From positions 88,476,001 to 88,540,000 of the forward strand of contig NW_024704743.1 of NCBI RefSeq assembly GCF_018977255.1: 64,000 nt of DNA. The letters are read 5' to 3'. Source of the stretch: Callorhinchus milii. Lineage: Eukaryota. The notes under the pieces are model-generated. The model saw only the letters and a program-made list of their open reading frames with translations. It made no database searches and was not told the origin of the DNA. Shown one piece after another: positions 1 to 13,004 of the stretch (positions within the stretch are counted from its first letter, which is position 1; each line of letters starts with the position of its first letter). Position numbers and translations under genes: made by a program.

Positions 1-499
1 CTTTGAGACATCTCAATGATGTGATAAGGTGCTATAATCAAATGCAAGGATTAATATTATTATTATAAGCTTTTATTAATGCCTAACTGATGCATTGTTT
101 CCTTTTTGTGGTTTAGTTTTAGAACCCCGGCACAGTATATAGTACATGCAGTAACAATACATTTTATGTGAAGTTGTACTTTATTGTTTCATGAATAGAT
201 GGGTTTCAGTAATAAAGTTCACTTGATGGATGTTTATGGAGGTAGTTACAACTAATATTTTGTCATCTGGTGCTGAATTTGTCTACAAATACTCAGTTCC
301 TACACGTTACCTGCTACCAACCTGCCAGCTCCCTCCGTTCAGCGGGCTCCAGCCTGCTTCAAGTTCCCCAAATACATTTTGAAAAAAATCTATGGAACAT
401 ATTAATCCTTATAAAATGCCATTCTGTACTTTCAAATCTGCTTCTCCAATGGTAAATAATAAAATAGTTGTTGCATTTGATTTTGTGACTTTCACTTCG

Positions 500-850
500 G
501 GAGGACATCTCAAAGCACTTCACACAATTTATTGTAAAGTATAGAGACTATTTTATAGACAAACATGGCAGCCAATTTGCTACAAATAGTAGTGACCCAC
601 AAACCACCATGAAACTGAATGGCTAATTTTATCAATGGGATTGTTGGCACTGGGAAAATCTCTCTTTTCAATTTATTCCATGGGATCTTTAACATCCATC
701 TAAGCAGGCAGATAGGACCTTGGTTTAATGCCCTCCCTGAAGGTTAGCACTCCAACAATGCAGTGCTCCCTGCCTCGGATGTGAGTTCATATTCCTGATG
801 TGGATCTTGAACCCACCACCTCTCACTAAAGGCAAGAGTCCTACAGTCTG
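500..850 (-). mobile_element. Deu-domain-like tRNA-SINE, degenerate
   Basis: Reverse complement of the shared core (gatcccatgg, ttaaaccaagg, ggttcaag head). Confidence 0.65.
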
Positions 851-1169
851 ACGCCCTAAACTGATGATCTGTTTTAGGGCAATTTAATTTAAATCATATT
901 TGTGCTGTTGTGAAAGGGTTTCTGTTTTTTAGGTGAGGCAGATGAGCAGTATATGGAGTATATTGGAGCTAAAGCAGCTTGAGGTCTTGTCATTTCCTTT
1001 CCCTAATGTTATAACCATTAATAAAGCTAAGTTTTGATTTAGACATTAGAATTCAGTGTTTGAAACCTTAAATTCTAATGTTCAATGTACTGCTCCCTTT
1101 CTTGAGCGAGTCCACTGACCAGATGTCAGAAGTGTAACAATTGTAATACAAGTAACATGACAACACAGC

Positions 1170-2215
1170 ACAATAACAACATATTGCAATGATATAGCAC
1201 CTTTCACATTAGGGTGACAGCCCAAGATGCTGGACAGTGAAGGGTTCGCACCCGAGCTGATGGTTGGAATCAAGACCCCTTGATGGGGCCAAGGGAGATG
1301 GGGGTGGGAGGATGACTGAAGGCACAGAGGAAGGTCTTGAGAAGGGTTTTGAAGAAAGCAAGGGAGGATACAAGGCAAAAGGGTTCCAGAGTGGAGTTAC
1401 AGAGGGTGAGAGCAGAAAGGCTGAAAACCGTCGATCGTGGAGTGGGTAGGGCGGGGAAATGAAGCAGACCAGTGCCGTGAGAGGAGGGAGTTGGAAGGTT
1501 GGTAACGTTTTAGTAGGTCCCAGAGATAGAGAGGAGCAAGACCTCGGAGGGCTTTAAAAGTGAGGATGAGGACCCTCTGGGAAAGCGGAGTAGGGGGAAC
1601 CGAGCGAGGATGGGAGTGATTGGCTCATGGAGCTTGGTAGGGAAGAGGATACGAGCTGCAGAGTTCTGAATAATCTGCAGATTTCTGGAGGGAAGAGTTG
1701 GGAAGCCTGGTAAACTGGAAGTTAGCATTGCCAAGCCTGGCTGTGATGAAAGCATGGATAAGAGTCTCGGCAGCCTGAGAGAAGAGGTAGTGGCAGATGC
1801 AGACAATGTTTTGGAGGTGGAGGAAGGCAGAATGGGTCAAGATATGGATGTGGGGTTTAAAGGACAGTTGAGGGTCGAACAAGACACCAAGATTCCATAC
1901 TGGTGAGGTGGAGAATGCATCCATGAATAAGTGATGCTGTCAGCACCTGAGCTGTTGGGAGCCAAGCCAAGGAGGGTCTTCTTTTGGTCGACATTCAACT
2001 GTAGAAAGTTAGCTCTTGATGTCTGTCAGACATTCTGTCAGGACAGTAGTGGTCCTGGAGTCGAGGGTGGAGGCAGAGAGATGGAGTTGGATGTCATCTG
2101 CATATGTTTGGAAGTTAATCCCATGCCTGTGGGAATCTTTAAATATTAAAGAGGAGAGGACCGAGTCTGAGGAACACCACTCATGACAGTGCGAGGGCTC
2201 GAGGAGATGTTGCTG
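1170..2215 (-). mobile_element. L2-clade LINE 3' fragment (RT C-terminus and tail)
   Basis: [19 protein letters not shown] and LIHAFIT motifs in broken frames; tail similar to the 57455 copy. Confidence 0.85.
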
Positions 2216-3504
2216 GTGCATAGCACAGTACAACAGTCCATTTCTTTCAGAGTAAGTACATTAATGGAACATACTTCAGTGGGGCATATGAAACAACATT
2301 ACACAGTATTCAGAATTGGAAATGTTTTATAGATTTGTGCCCTGAATGTTGCAAATCAAATAATCATAAATCAAAACTGAGATGCCATCTGCTTCCCGAT
2401 TTCTTCCCGAGGAATTTTTCCTCTAAAGATTTAATGTGAAATCTTACCAAAGTATTTTCTTCTCCACTGATTCTTCTCCTAGGCATATGGCTAAAGTCCC
2501 TTTTTCCCCATCGCCCTTTACATCTCCCTTCACTTTATATTTTGGGAATTAATTCTGCCAGGCACTACAGCTTCTTCAGTTTTTGTCTCCAGATGGATAA
2601 TTAACCGTTTAAAAGTCTTCTTTAATATCTTTGTTTGTCGCAGAACTACACATTATTTTGCTTTTAGCTACAGGAAATTAGTACAGAAAACCTCTGTTGT
2701 AATGCTCCCGGTAAAGCATTGACTAGTTTATAATTTTGGTGTTCTATTGGCCTGTGCTAACTGGAAGCTTGGTGCACCGGTCTTCCAGCACCGACTGGCC
2801 AATGTCTGGGTCATCAAGTCGTCACTGGCATTTCTTTCTGCATGCTTACTACGTGTACTTTGAGGAAGTAATATCAGTGGTGCATTCTGCATGCAGTACA
2901 GTTTTGTGTACACGCACTGATCTTGATGAATAAATCATCTGTACTATACGAATCACATCCTCTCCCACCAAGCAGGGTGTTAAAAATAATTAATTGCAGT
3001 TATTTACTTTATGTTTGACTACAAATACAGTCACTAGATTTAACTGTATTTACCGGGAAGTGCCTTGAGATGTTTTTACATAAGATAAATGCAAGGATAA
3101 TTATTAATTTCCCCAAAATTGTTACAAGCTCATCTTGGGCACTGCATTTCATAACTGGAATTTTACTACAAACTTTGCTCTTTATTCTTAACAGAACTTG
3201 CTACTTCAAGTCACTTATGTATTTTTATCTTACCTTTATATGAAATTGTGAATCTTTACAATAACCTGCACTTATATTGAAATTTCCATGTAGTTTTCAA
3301 CGTCTCTGTGGTCTTGACAGATATTGTGAGAGCTCAGAGCAGGTAGAAAGAATAGAGAACTAAGGATGCTGAGCAGAAATACGGTCAAGAAGATATAATT
3401 TTTTAGTAGCGTTTTGAAAGCAAGGGGAGAGGAGGCAATGCGAAAACATTTTGGACGAGCGCTCCATAAGACAGAATCATAGTAGCTGAAAGTTCAACCA
3501 ATAA

Positions 3505-3600
3505 TACAGGGTGACCAAAAAGTCGTGATATCATTACAATGTCAAATAAGTCTTAAAGAATTTTTTTTTAGTTAATAGGTCGATATCACAACTTTTTGGT
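3505..3600 (+). mobile_element. Tc1/mariner-type MITE, copy 1
   Basis: TA-CAGGGTGACCAAAAAGTCGTGA left end with a partial inverted right end (tcacaactttttggt); homologous to 24229-24342 in reverse. Confidence 0.7.
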
Positions 3601-4863
3601 AGTACAACACAGATAGTGAGGAATGAGCAATAGACATGGTTTGGAAGCATGGAATATCTGCAGGAGAATAGGGCTGAAAGAGATTTTGCACAGGTAGAAT
3701 TTTGTCGTTGTTAATATCAGGTTTGACAACAAGCGGTTCGGGGCTTTCTGGTTGATTGATCACTCATTGTGGATCTTGGTGTAGGAATCTATCAAAAACT
3801 AATTTTTTATTCCTGGTGATCATTCTTGTCGTGCATGTTGTGTGGACATTTCCTGGAGTTCTCATTAATGCTAGTTGAAATTTTAGTCACCCAGAAAGTC
3901 AGCCCCAAGTCATTGATAATCATAACATGACCGAGGGATTACTTGCTTCCCCTTCACCCGGAGTCTTGGCAGACTCTGATCCTCTACAGTTACTGTAGCA
4001 TTTGTATTCCAAGTGAAAGGAGCAGTTGTCAAAACTACCTCCGGCATAGCTCAATTCAGAGACTTACGTTTTGTGAGGAATCACAACTCCAAACCTCAAT
4101 CTAGTCATTCCCCAGTGTATCATTTTGGTGCATTTCTGTGAATTGTTTTGAATTGTAGTCATTGACAAAAAAAACTCTAAATAAATTAGATTGAAACTCC
4201 ATCCTTTTTTTCAGCAAACTACTAATGCAGGTTATAGAACATAGCTGTCAGAAGTAAAATTTGTCTCCTTGGTTCCCTCGTGTGCTAAGCTGAGGCTGTT
4301 TCTGTGAGGATGTGCGATTTTACAGAACTTAATGTTTTGTTACAAAGATGCCATTAAAAACCTAGCCTTAGTATATTCTATTTGCTTAGGATTTTAACAT
4401 TCTGAGAGAAATGCTTCAGTTTTTACATTTCTTACTCCAAATTCCTTTGTTTACCTAGCACTAAGGAAGAAACCGGTTGTTACTTAATGGGCAAATCCAT
4501 TCCGGAGGTAATGGTTTCTGTCGGTGTGGTTAGCAAGTGGTCTGATCTTCTCAGATATTCCTTGACTCCAAATTACACTGCTTGCTTGCAAAGAGTGTGA
4601 TTGCTGTGTGGGCAGCAGCTTCTACACTATAAACAAATTCAAGTACCCAGGTGTTCATATTGTGTGAACAGCCATTTTCAGTTACACAGTGCAATCATTA
4701 TTTACTCTCTCCTAACAGATCTGTTAAAATGTATGACGTGTATTTCTTCTAACAATATTTGCTTGAATAATTTTTCATTAGAAATGTACTAGTATGTATA
4801 CACTATTTTATATATATATATATAACATATATTTTAGAAATAAAAGTATATCTTCTTTTCCAG

Positions 4864-4970
4864 CCGATCAAAAACCCTCCATCAGGAAAGAAGTATGTAC
4901 GATGCCCTTGTAACTGTCTTCTTATCTGTAAGGACACCTCACGGCGTATAGGATGTCCAAGACCTAACTG
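4864..4970 (+). CDS. PIP4P2: PIP4P2/TMEM55A internal coding exon ([36 protein letters not shown]) with CX5R motif CKDTSRR; upstream exons lie outside the window
   Basis: Polypyrimidine tract + CAG (4861-4863), 107-nt open frame, donor GTTGGT at 4971; translation nearly identical to recalled vertebrate TMEM55A. Confidence 0.96.
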
Positions 4971-5719
4971 GTTGGTATTATGCTATTGCCTTCTAGTTAA
5001 TAGGAGTCCAATAATTAATTCTAGTTTGAATTTTTCGGCAAGCTTTCAGAACAAACCATAATAGGATAGGCATAGAGAAACAGAGACGGAAAATGAGGCA
5101 GAGAAAGTCACAGATACATCAGAGATACAAACACTCATTCAAAACAACATAGTTACATCAGTAACTAACATTTTCCTCCTACTGACATACATTCTCAAGG
5201 AAAGCCTCCTCTTTATTGACCAATCTGGGCAAGGCCACTCCACTAGTTTGAAATAAAAGGTCACTAAACAACAAATGTTCCATCTCAGCAGGGGTAAATT
5301 AGAAATTCGTGAAGGTAATATAGTACTGCAATTTTCCCTTATTTCCTAAGTATTTGCATTCAATTGTACATTATGAATGAATTTTTTTAAACGTTGCTGT
5401 TTTTTTTCCCTTTCCTAATCTGGCACTTGGATCATCAAAACCATATTCACAGATGGTTTCCATTAAAGTACTTGGGCTGTGGCCAGATTTTTTTTCTCAT
5501 TGTTGGCTCAGTTCTAAGGGAATTTTTTTTTCTCTCTGATGGTCTAAACTTGTTGCTAAGCTTTCTGCAATTGGCAATTTTTCAGTATATTACAAAGCCT
5601 AGAGAATCCCCCCTCCCCCAAAATAAATGCTGTAATAGGACTTACAACTGAATGCGAATACTTTTTGAATTTTTTGCAATACTGCATTTGACAAGGGCTG
5701 TGAAATATGCTGCATTTTC

Positions 5720-6415
5720 ATGTACAGGGACTTAGAGTATAAAGGTAAAGAAGTCATGGTAAGTTTGTATAAATCATTGATTAGGCCACAACTGAAGTAT
5801 TGCATCCAGATCTGGGCACCTCACTTCACAAAGGATGTTAAACCTTGCCCCTCTTCTCCTCTGACTTCACTGCCCTCCTCTCCGTCCTAAACCTCACCCT
5901 CCACTTAAACTCGCTGACCCACAACTGTGGCCACACCCTCGACTCGCCATCATCCATGGTCTTGACATCTTTGATCTGCCAATCACAGACAAAGCCATCT
6001 CAGACCACTGCCTTATCTCTCTCTCTCATACCACCTTCCCCTCCTTCAAGCCTCCCACCATCTTTTTCTGCCCATGGAAAAAGCTACCCCTCCCCTCCAC
6101 CGAGTCTCTCACAAACAAACTCTCATCCTCAGTCCTTCTCCTCCTCTGGGCTGCTTTTTTTTTAAGGACTTTCCTTTGGACTTCGACCCGCATTGATCCA
6201 GACGCAGCCGTCCAGCTGCTCTTTAATTGTGCTTACCATCACCTCCCCCTTCCCTCACCCCCTGGCTTGTTGTCTCCACCATTGTGCTGTGGGATGCTAC
6301 CCTGCGTGACAGGTAAGGCAGGACGGTGGAATTAAAGTAATATCCGTGCATTGTGAACTGGTGCAGACTTAATGAGCCGAATGGCCTTCTTCTGCGTCAT
6401 AGATTTCTATGTTTC
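5720..6415 (+). mobile_element. CR1 3' fragment interrupted by an L2-clade fragment (endonuclease PTH..GHTLD-like region at about 5845-6300)
   Basis: LYKSLIRPQLKYCIQIWAPH upstream, CR1 tail gccgaatggccttcttctg downstream, THNCGHTLD between. Confidence 0.7.
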
Positions 6416-7370
6416 AATGATATTGATTCAAGTTAAAGCAAATAGTCAAAGTTACATCACTATCAAAATGAACTTTTATGAGCATTATCAGTGATTTATG
6501 TAGGCCTCTGCATAGTAGAGCTAAAAGACAAAATTAGAGAGAGAGGCACACACAAGAAAGATACAGCGATAGACAAAGATATACTGAGTGTATTTTACTA
6601 TTTTATATTGTTGTCCTTAGGCTTGAAATGTGTCAAGTTCAGATTTGCTGTGTTCGATTGACTAGCACTATTACATTGCCTCTGCACTTTCAAATGCCTC
6701 TATATCCTTGCTGCAACCTACCTCCATGATCTCATCCAGTTCCCGCCCTTTCTCACATCCTCCATCCTATAAATTCAGGCCTGCTGCATGTCTCTCGAAT
6801 TTTCAGCCACTGTGTCCCTACTCGTTGGCACTCTCTTCCAGAATCCCTCTGCCTCGCACTCTCCCTTTGTGCTTTCAAAACTCTTCCATAAAATTACCTC
6901 TTTAGCTATTGCCATCTCCCTCCTAACCCTTCCTTCTAACCTCACTCAGGGTCCTACTCCATCTCTGAAAAATGCTTTGAGGCATTAGGCTATGTGAAAG
7001 GTTCTATATAAATGCAAGTTGCCAAATATAACTGAAACACTTTTGACAGCCAATTTAAAATGAGATCAATATCCAAAATCATTTTGCACAGTAATGAGTT
7101 TCTAGTGAGTCGGCACCAGATTCCCATTCCTTTGTTACAGGAAATGATTTTGTCCACCTCCGTAAATTGCTTGCTTTGTACAAATGAAATCATTCTCGAG
7201 TTAGTATATATTTTAATAAAGAGTATTTGGATTGTGTATATGATATATGAGTTAGTCTTATGAATAAGAATTAGATTGTTCAATTATAAAGTGAGAAATA
7301 TTTTGTGAGCAGTCGAATTAAATATCAGTACAATCTATCTGGTCCAATGTTGTACCCTCTTTCCCTACAG

Positions 7371-7494
7371 TAGACGTATAATTAACTTGGGCCCGTTGTT
7401 GATGATCCCAGAAGAGCAGCCAGCCCAGCCTGCCCTGCCTTCGCAGCCTGAAGGTACGCGAGTGGTGTGTGGACACTGTGGGAATACTTTTCTG
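7371..7494 (+). CDS. PIP4P2: PIP4P2 coding exon ([41 protein letters not shown])
   Basis: Acceptor ttccctacag, donor GTATGT; 124 nt; phase 2 start matches the previous exon. Confidence 0.96.
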
Positions 7495-8630
7495 GTATGT
7501 ATACAGCTATTGAACAAAGAGCTCTGTAATGGTGACCAATGGTGTGCAAACTGTGTGCCATGAACAATGAATGATAACTCGGGAGTGAAAGACCTCAAAG
7601 ATTTCAAAATAGATTTTAATTTGGAATCAGTTAATGTGACAATTGTGAACTGGGTCACAATCCAGTTTAGACTTCTGGGATGAAATAGTCTTTACCCACT
7701 TTTAAACAGTTTTGACCAGATTCCTCATGACTGCAAGATAACAGCACAAAAATACAATGTCATTGTTCCTGATTGTCCTTTATATAAAATGTCATAAAGT
7801 AGCTTCTAAAAGGTTTTGTTAAAAGCTAACTATAGTGTGCATTTTGAGTGCTATTTCGCTAAATAATAAATATTGCCTTTTAACTGTTCCATAATTAATT
7901 ATTCAACAGTTATATTGCGAACCACTAGAGGCAAGCACAAAATAATTATCAAAAAGTAAAATTAAAATGAATAATTCCTGTTTGAATTCCTTGCCCCTTT
8001 TTTCCCTAATTCTGAAACAGTTGTGAGCAAGTTTGTGAAGGGTGAAGTCAGGAAGGATAGCAGAGCAGAACTCTCCTGCCCCTGAATAGATCCCTGCTAA
8101 ATTTGAGAAACGTGAGCTGTTCTACCAGCTGCTCTCTTGTGTGTGGATATCTACTCCACCATCTCTATCCAATTCCATTCAGTAGGTATTTCAGATAGTT
8201 GAGGGAATCAGATATGTGAATTCCGTATCTATGTGTTAGAAGCTGGAGCAGTGTCCCACAAACAGTCGTGGATTGAGTGACCAAAATCCCTTTCTGTGAC
8301 TGTCGTATTACTGCAGTTGATCACAAAATGATGTAAAAATAACAACCAATAATTGGAAGTATATTACAAACCTGTAATGCAATCTGCTTGTAATGATCTT
8401 TCTTTCCCAGAAAACTCTTATATTGTTATCTCTTTCCCTTATTATCTATTTGCATCTCCAAATACATTTGTCACTATCTCATTTTCTTTGCTGCTTTTTT
8501 GAACCTGGATGATAACCTGTTCTATTTGTCTTGGTCCTTCACATAGGTTTCTTCAAAAAGTATCAAGTTACTGTAGTTATGCCGCAGGCTTAAAACAGAT
8601 TGCCAGCTGTTACCTTTTCTGTGTAGTTTT

Positions 8631-9421
8631 AATAATAATAATACTTGTATTTGATATAGTGCCTTATAGAATCGTTAAGATGGCTCAAAGTGTTTCATAT
8701 TGTAAAGTGAATTGACTGTATTTTGTGGTTGAAACGCGGCAGGTATTTGTGCCTAGCAGTGTCCAACAAACAGTCGTGGATTGAGTGATCATATTTTTTT
8801 TTGGAGGGATTATTAACCCCGGAAAGCAATCCGTCATTTGAATAACAACCAGAGTCCTATAGCTTTGTGGTTAGAGCATTTGCCTCACAAGGGAGAGGAC
8901 CTGGGTTAGATTACTGGTCAGGGCGAAATGTTAGTCAAGTTTCCTTAGTCTACACGCCTCTGTTTACCTAGCAGTAAATAGGAACCCGGTTGTTAATCGA
9001 TTGGTAGATTGTTTTCTCAGTGTAATAATCCTTTATTTAAAAAAAAGATTTTTTAAAAAAAATGTATCAATTTGGTTACACATTGCACGGCCGTTTGTGG
9101 GACACTGTTGTGCACAATTGGCTGCCGCATTTCGTCCACAAAATATATATCTCTTCTGGGATCATCAATAATGGGCCCAAGACAATTATGCGTCTACTGT
9201 GGGGAAAAAGAATGCTGCATTTTCCAGATAGTATATTTTGTGGAGAGCTTTGAGTTGTCTCGAAGACGTGATAAGGTGCTATATCAAATGCAAGGATTAT
9301 TATTACTGCTAGGTAAGCAGAAGCGGGTGGAGTAAGGAATCTTGCCTAACGTTTTGCCCTGATAGGGAATCGAACCTGTGCGTGCGAGGCGAGCGCAATA
9401 ACCACTACACTACAAAACTCC
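8631..9421. mobile_element. Nested SINEs: a minus-strand tRNA/CORE-like SINE (8631-8852 + 9303-9421) interrupted by a plus-strand copy of the same family (8852-9305)
   Basis: tRNA-like head, ttgggcaagtttccttactccac-like body and gcaaggattattatt tail in both orientations. Confidence 0.85.
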
Positions 9422-10849
9422 ACAATTACTAGGGATTTTGTCATTGGAGATATTTTCCACTATTTACAGCTTTTTCTTTCTGCTGCCACATGCTGTGTGG
9501 CTTTGTGTCTGTGATAGTGATTTATTTCCAATAGTGACCAGAAGTGTAAATAAAAGGTGTGGTCTTCATGAATAATGAAGAGTTGCACTGAAAATATACT
9601 TCATCATTAGATACTGAAAATCATGAGGAACTGATTGCATGGAATATTTGTGATAGGGCTCTGCCAGTTATATTGTTATATATGTTCCTCCTTCCAGTTT
9701 GAAGTGCTCTGTGATGCTACCCCACACAAAGAGGGCTATATAAGTGCAAATTGTTGTTGTAAAGTTATAATGAAACTGATAATTTTAAGGATATGTCAAT
9801 TGTGACAACTTTTTTTGAACAAAAGGCACTCATTATTGCAGTTAACACATATTCTGCATTATTGATGGTCAATTCGAAACTCATACACTGAACATAACCT
9901 TACATAAAATCCAACCCTCCCAGAAAGACGAGAACTGGAAAGTTGCTAGCAGATGGGTACACTTCCGTACACTTTCTGGTCTTGTCAACCACACCAGATA
10001 GTGTGGAAAACAGTTCAGGCTGTGAATGGCCTTTTAATTTGTTGCAGACCCAATCCTTTACTTCCTGGGGAGCAGTAATATACACAGACAAGCACAATTC
10101 ATATTGATAGGATCGCTCTACTACAGTCACCGTATTGAATCAATGCATAATATGTAGCTGCACCTTAAGAAAGAAAAAATAATAAGCATTTTCGTAGTGT
10201 CTTATTGAATCAGAATGCTCACAGATAATTACAGTACTTTCAATAACTTTTTTTGAGTAAATACACATAGCCATTTACACCAGCAAGGGCTCACCAACAG
10301 CCATGAAATGAGTGACCAATTCATCAGAGAATTGTTCCCTTGACAATGAGACAAGCCCCCTTCCCTTTTCAAAAATCCTATTGTCCACCTTAAAACCATC
10401 AAACAGAGCCTTGGTTTAATGTCACATCTGAAAGACAGCAATTCTGGCAATGCTGCACTAGAGTCAGTCTGGACAATGATCGCCTACACCAATGTGAGAA
10501 TATACATACAGGGGATTAGGCCTCTAGAGCAGTGCAAATAAGCATTGTAACATTCAGCTCCTGGTGCTCCAGAAACAGTTATCTCTCTCAAGTAGTACCT
10601 GTACTAAGACCCAAGCATGACAGACACTGACACACACTGACCTGGCCCTTTTTGCTACATCATGGGAAATTTTCAATGGATGTCAAAACCAAATTTATGT
10701 TGCTGTTATTTTAAGATTATTTCCTTACAAGGAAATGGAGGAAGAAAAAGGTTTAATGCTTGAGAAATAAAATGTTCTTTATGTGACTCTGGAGATATTT
10801 CTGGGGGAGGGGTTGTCTGTGACCTGATTTTGTGTGTGTTTATTTACAG

Positions 10850-10902
10850 TGGATGGAAGTTAGGTTCAACACTCTGGCAAAATGCCCACACTGCAAAAGA
10901 AT
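10850..10902 (+). CDS. PIP4P2: PIP4P2 coding exon (WMEVRFNTLAKCPHCKR-I)
   Basis: Acceptor tatttacag, donor GTAAGT; 53 nt; phases consistent; CPHC motif. Confidence 0.95.
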
Positions 10903-11089
10903 GTAAGTTTTGTAGATTTTATAGCAAACTGGATTCTGATTTCATCATATGAGGAACATTTCTTTTGAAGTTTAATGTTTTTCAAAATCATATTTGGGTG
11001 TGAATTATTCCATTGCTGAGACATTTGTGCATTCATGGAAAAGATTAACACATGTGAAAAAGTAACATACAGGGTTAAAGAGGAGCTTT

Positions 11090-11415
11090 GATGTAATTGA
11101 ATTATGTGTTAAAGAATGTCTACCATATGTGTTTGTCATATATTTTTTCATAAAGGAACAAGTAAATTGCTATTTTCTGGTCAAGCACATGAGTTTTGAA
11201 TGATATGCCCAGAAAACAGGCACATTTCCAGAGGTTAGGCACATAATAGCTGCAGGTGAGTCCACCGTTTGTGACAAAGAGGGGATGGGGGACACACGGC
11301 AGGCCTGGGTTAGTTGAGTAGAGAGAGCAAGTAAAAGAGTGCAGTTGGAGAAGGTCACAGAGATAGGGTGGTGTTAGAGCGTGATGGGATTTATAGATGA
11401 TGGCAAGTAACATAC
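11090..11415 (-). mobile_element. L2-clade LINE 3' fragment
   Basis: YKSHHALTPPYLCDLL...PNLW...SFKTH translation. Confidence 0.7.
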
Positions 11416-11659
11416 CCCTTGGAGAAATTGGAACAGTCCCTTTTTCATTACAGGCTTTTTAAGATGATTTAAAAACCAGAATATTAAAAATTCCACTCTT
11501 GTTAGTTTCATGATTCTGTGGGCAGAGTTGCAGCACAATGTTGCTGACGACGATATGTTGTAATGATGCTGATGCTGATGCTCAGAACATTCTAACATCC
11601 GTAGTCCCATTTTTGGCTATTCTGGCTCATTTCCTCTTCCATTTGAAATTAATATGTTG

Positions 11660-12625
11660 CCAGTGTTGAGATTGTTTTTCACTCTTACCTTTACCACCAT
11701 CTCCACTAATGACTTCTCCCCCAGCCCTTGCACTGTTACGAGCAGTGTTCCTCAAGGCCTTGGTCCTCTGCTCTTCAATATTTACATGTTCCCACTCAGT
11801 GATATCCTCAGACATGGGGTTAACTTCCACATGTATGCAGATGACACCCAACTCTATATCACTGCTTCCACCCTCGTCTCAAGGATCATGCTGTCCTGAC
11901 ACATTGTCTGTCAGACATCAAGTCCTGGATGAGAGCCAATATTCTCCAATTGATGGCAACACTATTCATGGAGGCTCTCTCCACCTCACCGAGCTAGTAG
12001 AGAACCTTGTACTATCTTTTAAAAATGAGGGTCTTTTTCGAGGCTCAACTATTGTTTAAACCCCACATCCGTGCCATGGCCTGTTCTGCCTTCCCCCACC
12101 TCTGCAACATTGTCAAACTCTGCCAATACCTCTCCCCTCAGTTTTCCGAGATCCTCATCCATGCTTTCATTATGTCCAGTCTTGACTATGCTAACTCCCT
12201 GCTCGCTGTAATTTTCAACTCTTCCCTCCATAAGATGCAGTTCATTCAGAACTCTGCATCTTGTGTCCTCTCCTGCACTATGCTCCATGAGATGATCCCT
12301 GGCTTCACTGGCTCCCCATTGCCCAGAGGACAGAGTTCAAGATCCTCATCCTCACTTTTAAAGCCCGCCACAATTTTGCTCCTCCCTATCTCTGCGTCCT
12401 ACTAAAACGTTACTGATTTGCCTGCTCCCTCCACTTGATGGGCACTGGCCTGCTCCATATCCCCTGCCCCACTCACTCAACCATCACTTTCAGCCTCTAC
12501 CCTCTGGAACTCCATCCTGGATCCCCTCCACCTTGCCCCTTCCTTTGCCTTCTTCAAGGCCCGTCTCAAGATCTTTCACCATGCCTTCGGTGATCCTCCC
12601 ACCTTCACCATCCTTACCTCTACCC
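11660..12625 (+). mobile_element. L2-clade LINE RT fragment, frameshifted
   Basis: [24 protein letters not shown] and LIHAFIMSSLDY motifs. Confidence 0.9.
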
Positions 12626-12905
12626 CTCTTGAAATGGGTCTAATATATGTCGATTTCTTATAACATGAAAAATCCAATTATAAAGACATGATGAAAATTT
12701 GCTGTTAATAATAATAATAGGCTGGTGGATCCCAGTGAGTGGCTCTCACTGGTTCAATGTTGTATTTTGTTTAAAACTGGGAAATGTTACTGAACAGACA
12801 AAAGCCATTCATCTTATTAAGTTAGGGAGATTTATTTAGTTTAAAAAAATCAAAAAATGTTGCTATTATTTACAATATAAACTCTTCATTTTGGATTCCT
12901 TTTAG

Positions 12906-12996
12906 ATCGTCTGTTGGTAGTGCACTGCCACGAAGACGGTGCTGTGCTTATGTAACTGTTGGAATGATCTGTATCTTCATTGGAGTTGGTTTAACT
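12906..12996 (+). CDS. PIP4P2: PIP4P2 coding exon (SSVGSALPRRRCCAYVTVGMICIFIGVGLT), first transmembrane helix
   Basis: Acceptor cttttag, donor GTAAGT; 91 nt; phase consistent. Confidence 0.95.
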
Positions 12997-13004
12997 GTAA
13001 GTAC

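Noticed and set aside
7921..7938. Second CTCF-like motif ccactagaggcaag
   Set aside because: Core spacing does not fit the consensus
9072..9335. ORFs sharing [10 protein letters not shown] with the 7365-7658 minus-strand ORF, suggesting a duplicated gene
   Set aside because: By-product of the short inverted exon copy, not a separate coding sequence
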